From: an uncultured Ruminococcus sp.
GTDB lineage: Bacteria; Bacillota; Clostridia; Oscillospirales; CAG-272
Assembly: GCA_964623635.1 (NCBI GenBank)
Contig: CAZUUA010000006.1
Location: 14,386 to 78,385, forward strand
Length of the DNA: 64,000 bases
Reading direction: 5' to 3'
In this document: positions 63,812 through 64,000 of the stretch, in pieces
How the letters are laid out: each line of letters begins with the position of its first letter
Numbering within the stretch: the stretch's first letter is position 1
Position numbers and translations under genes: made by a program
Notes under the pieces: generated by a model
Databases searched by the model: none
Seen by the model: the letters and a program-made list of their open reading frames with translations, nothing else
Told to the model about the DNA's origin: nothing

Positions 63812-64000
63812 TCATGTATTATCTGCCATCTTTTGCACGAGCAGCGTGTTCCGTGTGGAGCGAAATACATCCTCCATAGGCAGGACCACGGTATCCCCTT
63901 GGCAGAGATGGAGAAAATCTGTCATATAATCGGAGACAGGCGGCGCTTCCGGCAGCAGCATCGGTTCCTTTTTGCCACGTCCGTAGAATAGAATATCTTT
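63812..64000 (-). CDS. 3' end (62 codons) of an upstream gene, function undetermined
   Basis: The frame is open from the window edge to TGA at 63812-63814 (...DFLHLCQGDTVVLPMEDVFRSTRNTLLVQKMADNT). It lies 27 nt upstream of the next gene in the same operon direction. Any resemblance to Gfo/Idh/MocA C-termini is only an impression. Confidence 0.4.
   Translation of the reverse strand, partial: KDILFYGRGKKEPMLLPEAPPVSDYMTDFLHLCQGDTVVLPMEDVFRSTRNTLLVQKMADNT

Noticed and set aside
1-64000. Search for tRNA, rRNA, tmRNA, RNase P, SRP RNA, transposases, integrases, phage genes, toxin-antitoxin pairs, restriction-modification or other defence systems
   Set aside because: I saw no cloverleaf-type sequences, conserved RNA cores (such as GAGGAAAGUCC or the SRP GGAA tetraloop motif), DDE or tyrosine-recombinase ORFs, or nuclease/helicase/methylase motifs in any frame. 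A covariance-model scan would be needed to rule out small RNAs.

Overview
This is a 64-kb chromosomal segment from a moderately GC-rich, Gram-positive, anaerobic, spore-forming Firmicute. It looks like Clostridia of the Oscillospiraceae/Ruminococcaceae type. That placement is inferred from gene content only: a GerA/SpoVAF-type germination protein, an ECF FolT behind a THF riboswitch, a Bce-type peptide-antibiotic module, a glycyl-radical enzyme and a flavodiiron protein.

I call about 50 protein-coding genes, most with a visible Shine-Dalgarno sequence, and many sigmaA-like promoters and intrinsic terminators. I found no rRNA, tRNA, transposase, integrase, cas gene or recognisable defence system.

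Gene content, left to right:
- A ROK/SIS/GH78-like/GRE-activase/GNAT operon.
- pyrR-pyrP behind a PyrR-type attenuator.
- An orphan solute-binding lipoprotein and an acyltransferase-3 protein.
- A complete BceRS-BceAB-type module.
- A five-gene Liv branched-chain amino-acid ABC importer.
- A GH29 fucosidase and a DUF1846 protein.
- A stand-alone short glycyl-radical enzyme and a DMT transporter.
- A heterodimeric ABC exporter with one degenerate ATP site.
- An orphan GerA/SpoVAF gene and a second orphan solute-binding lipoprotein.
- pfkA, a LOG-family gene and wecB.
- An 830-nt non-coding island, followed by a lipoprotein.
- An AraC-centred locus: GH2, a CBM-like anchored protein, a GH28-like protein and a Zn-ribbon membrane protein.
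- An AI-2E transporter and feoAB.
- A PurF-like protein without its Cys1 nucleophile.
- folT-folC behind a THF riboswitch.
- ldhA and a four-domain flavodiiron-rubredoxin fusion.
- A long minus-strand operon: partial gene, beta-helix::CE7 fusion, MATE, FGGY kinase, GH32-like, AIM24.

The observations most worth follow-up:
1. The orphan 710-aa GRE, whose only visible activase sits 19 kb away inside a sugar operon.
2. The 830-nt non-coding island, which has a consensus promoter and terminator/antiterminator logic but no recognisable RNA family.
3. Tandem 24-bp palindromic repeats carrying a sigma54-like -24/-12 element upstream of the DMT transporter.
4. The Cys1-less PurF homologue.
5. The beta-helix::CE7 fusion operon.

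All calls come from reading the sequence and ORF translations by eye. No database search was run.
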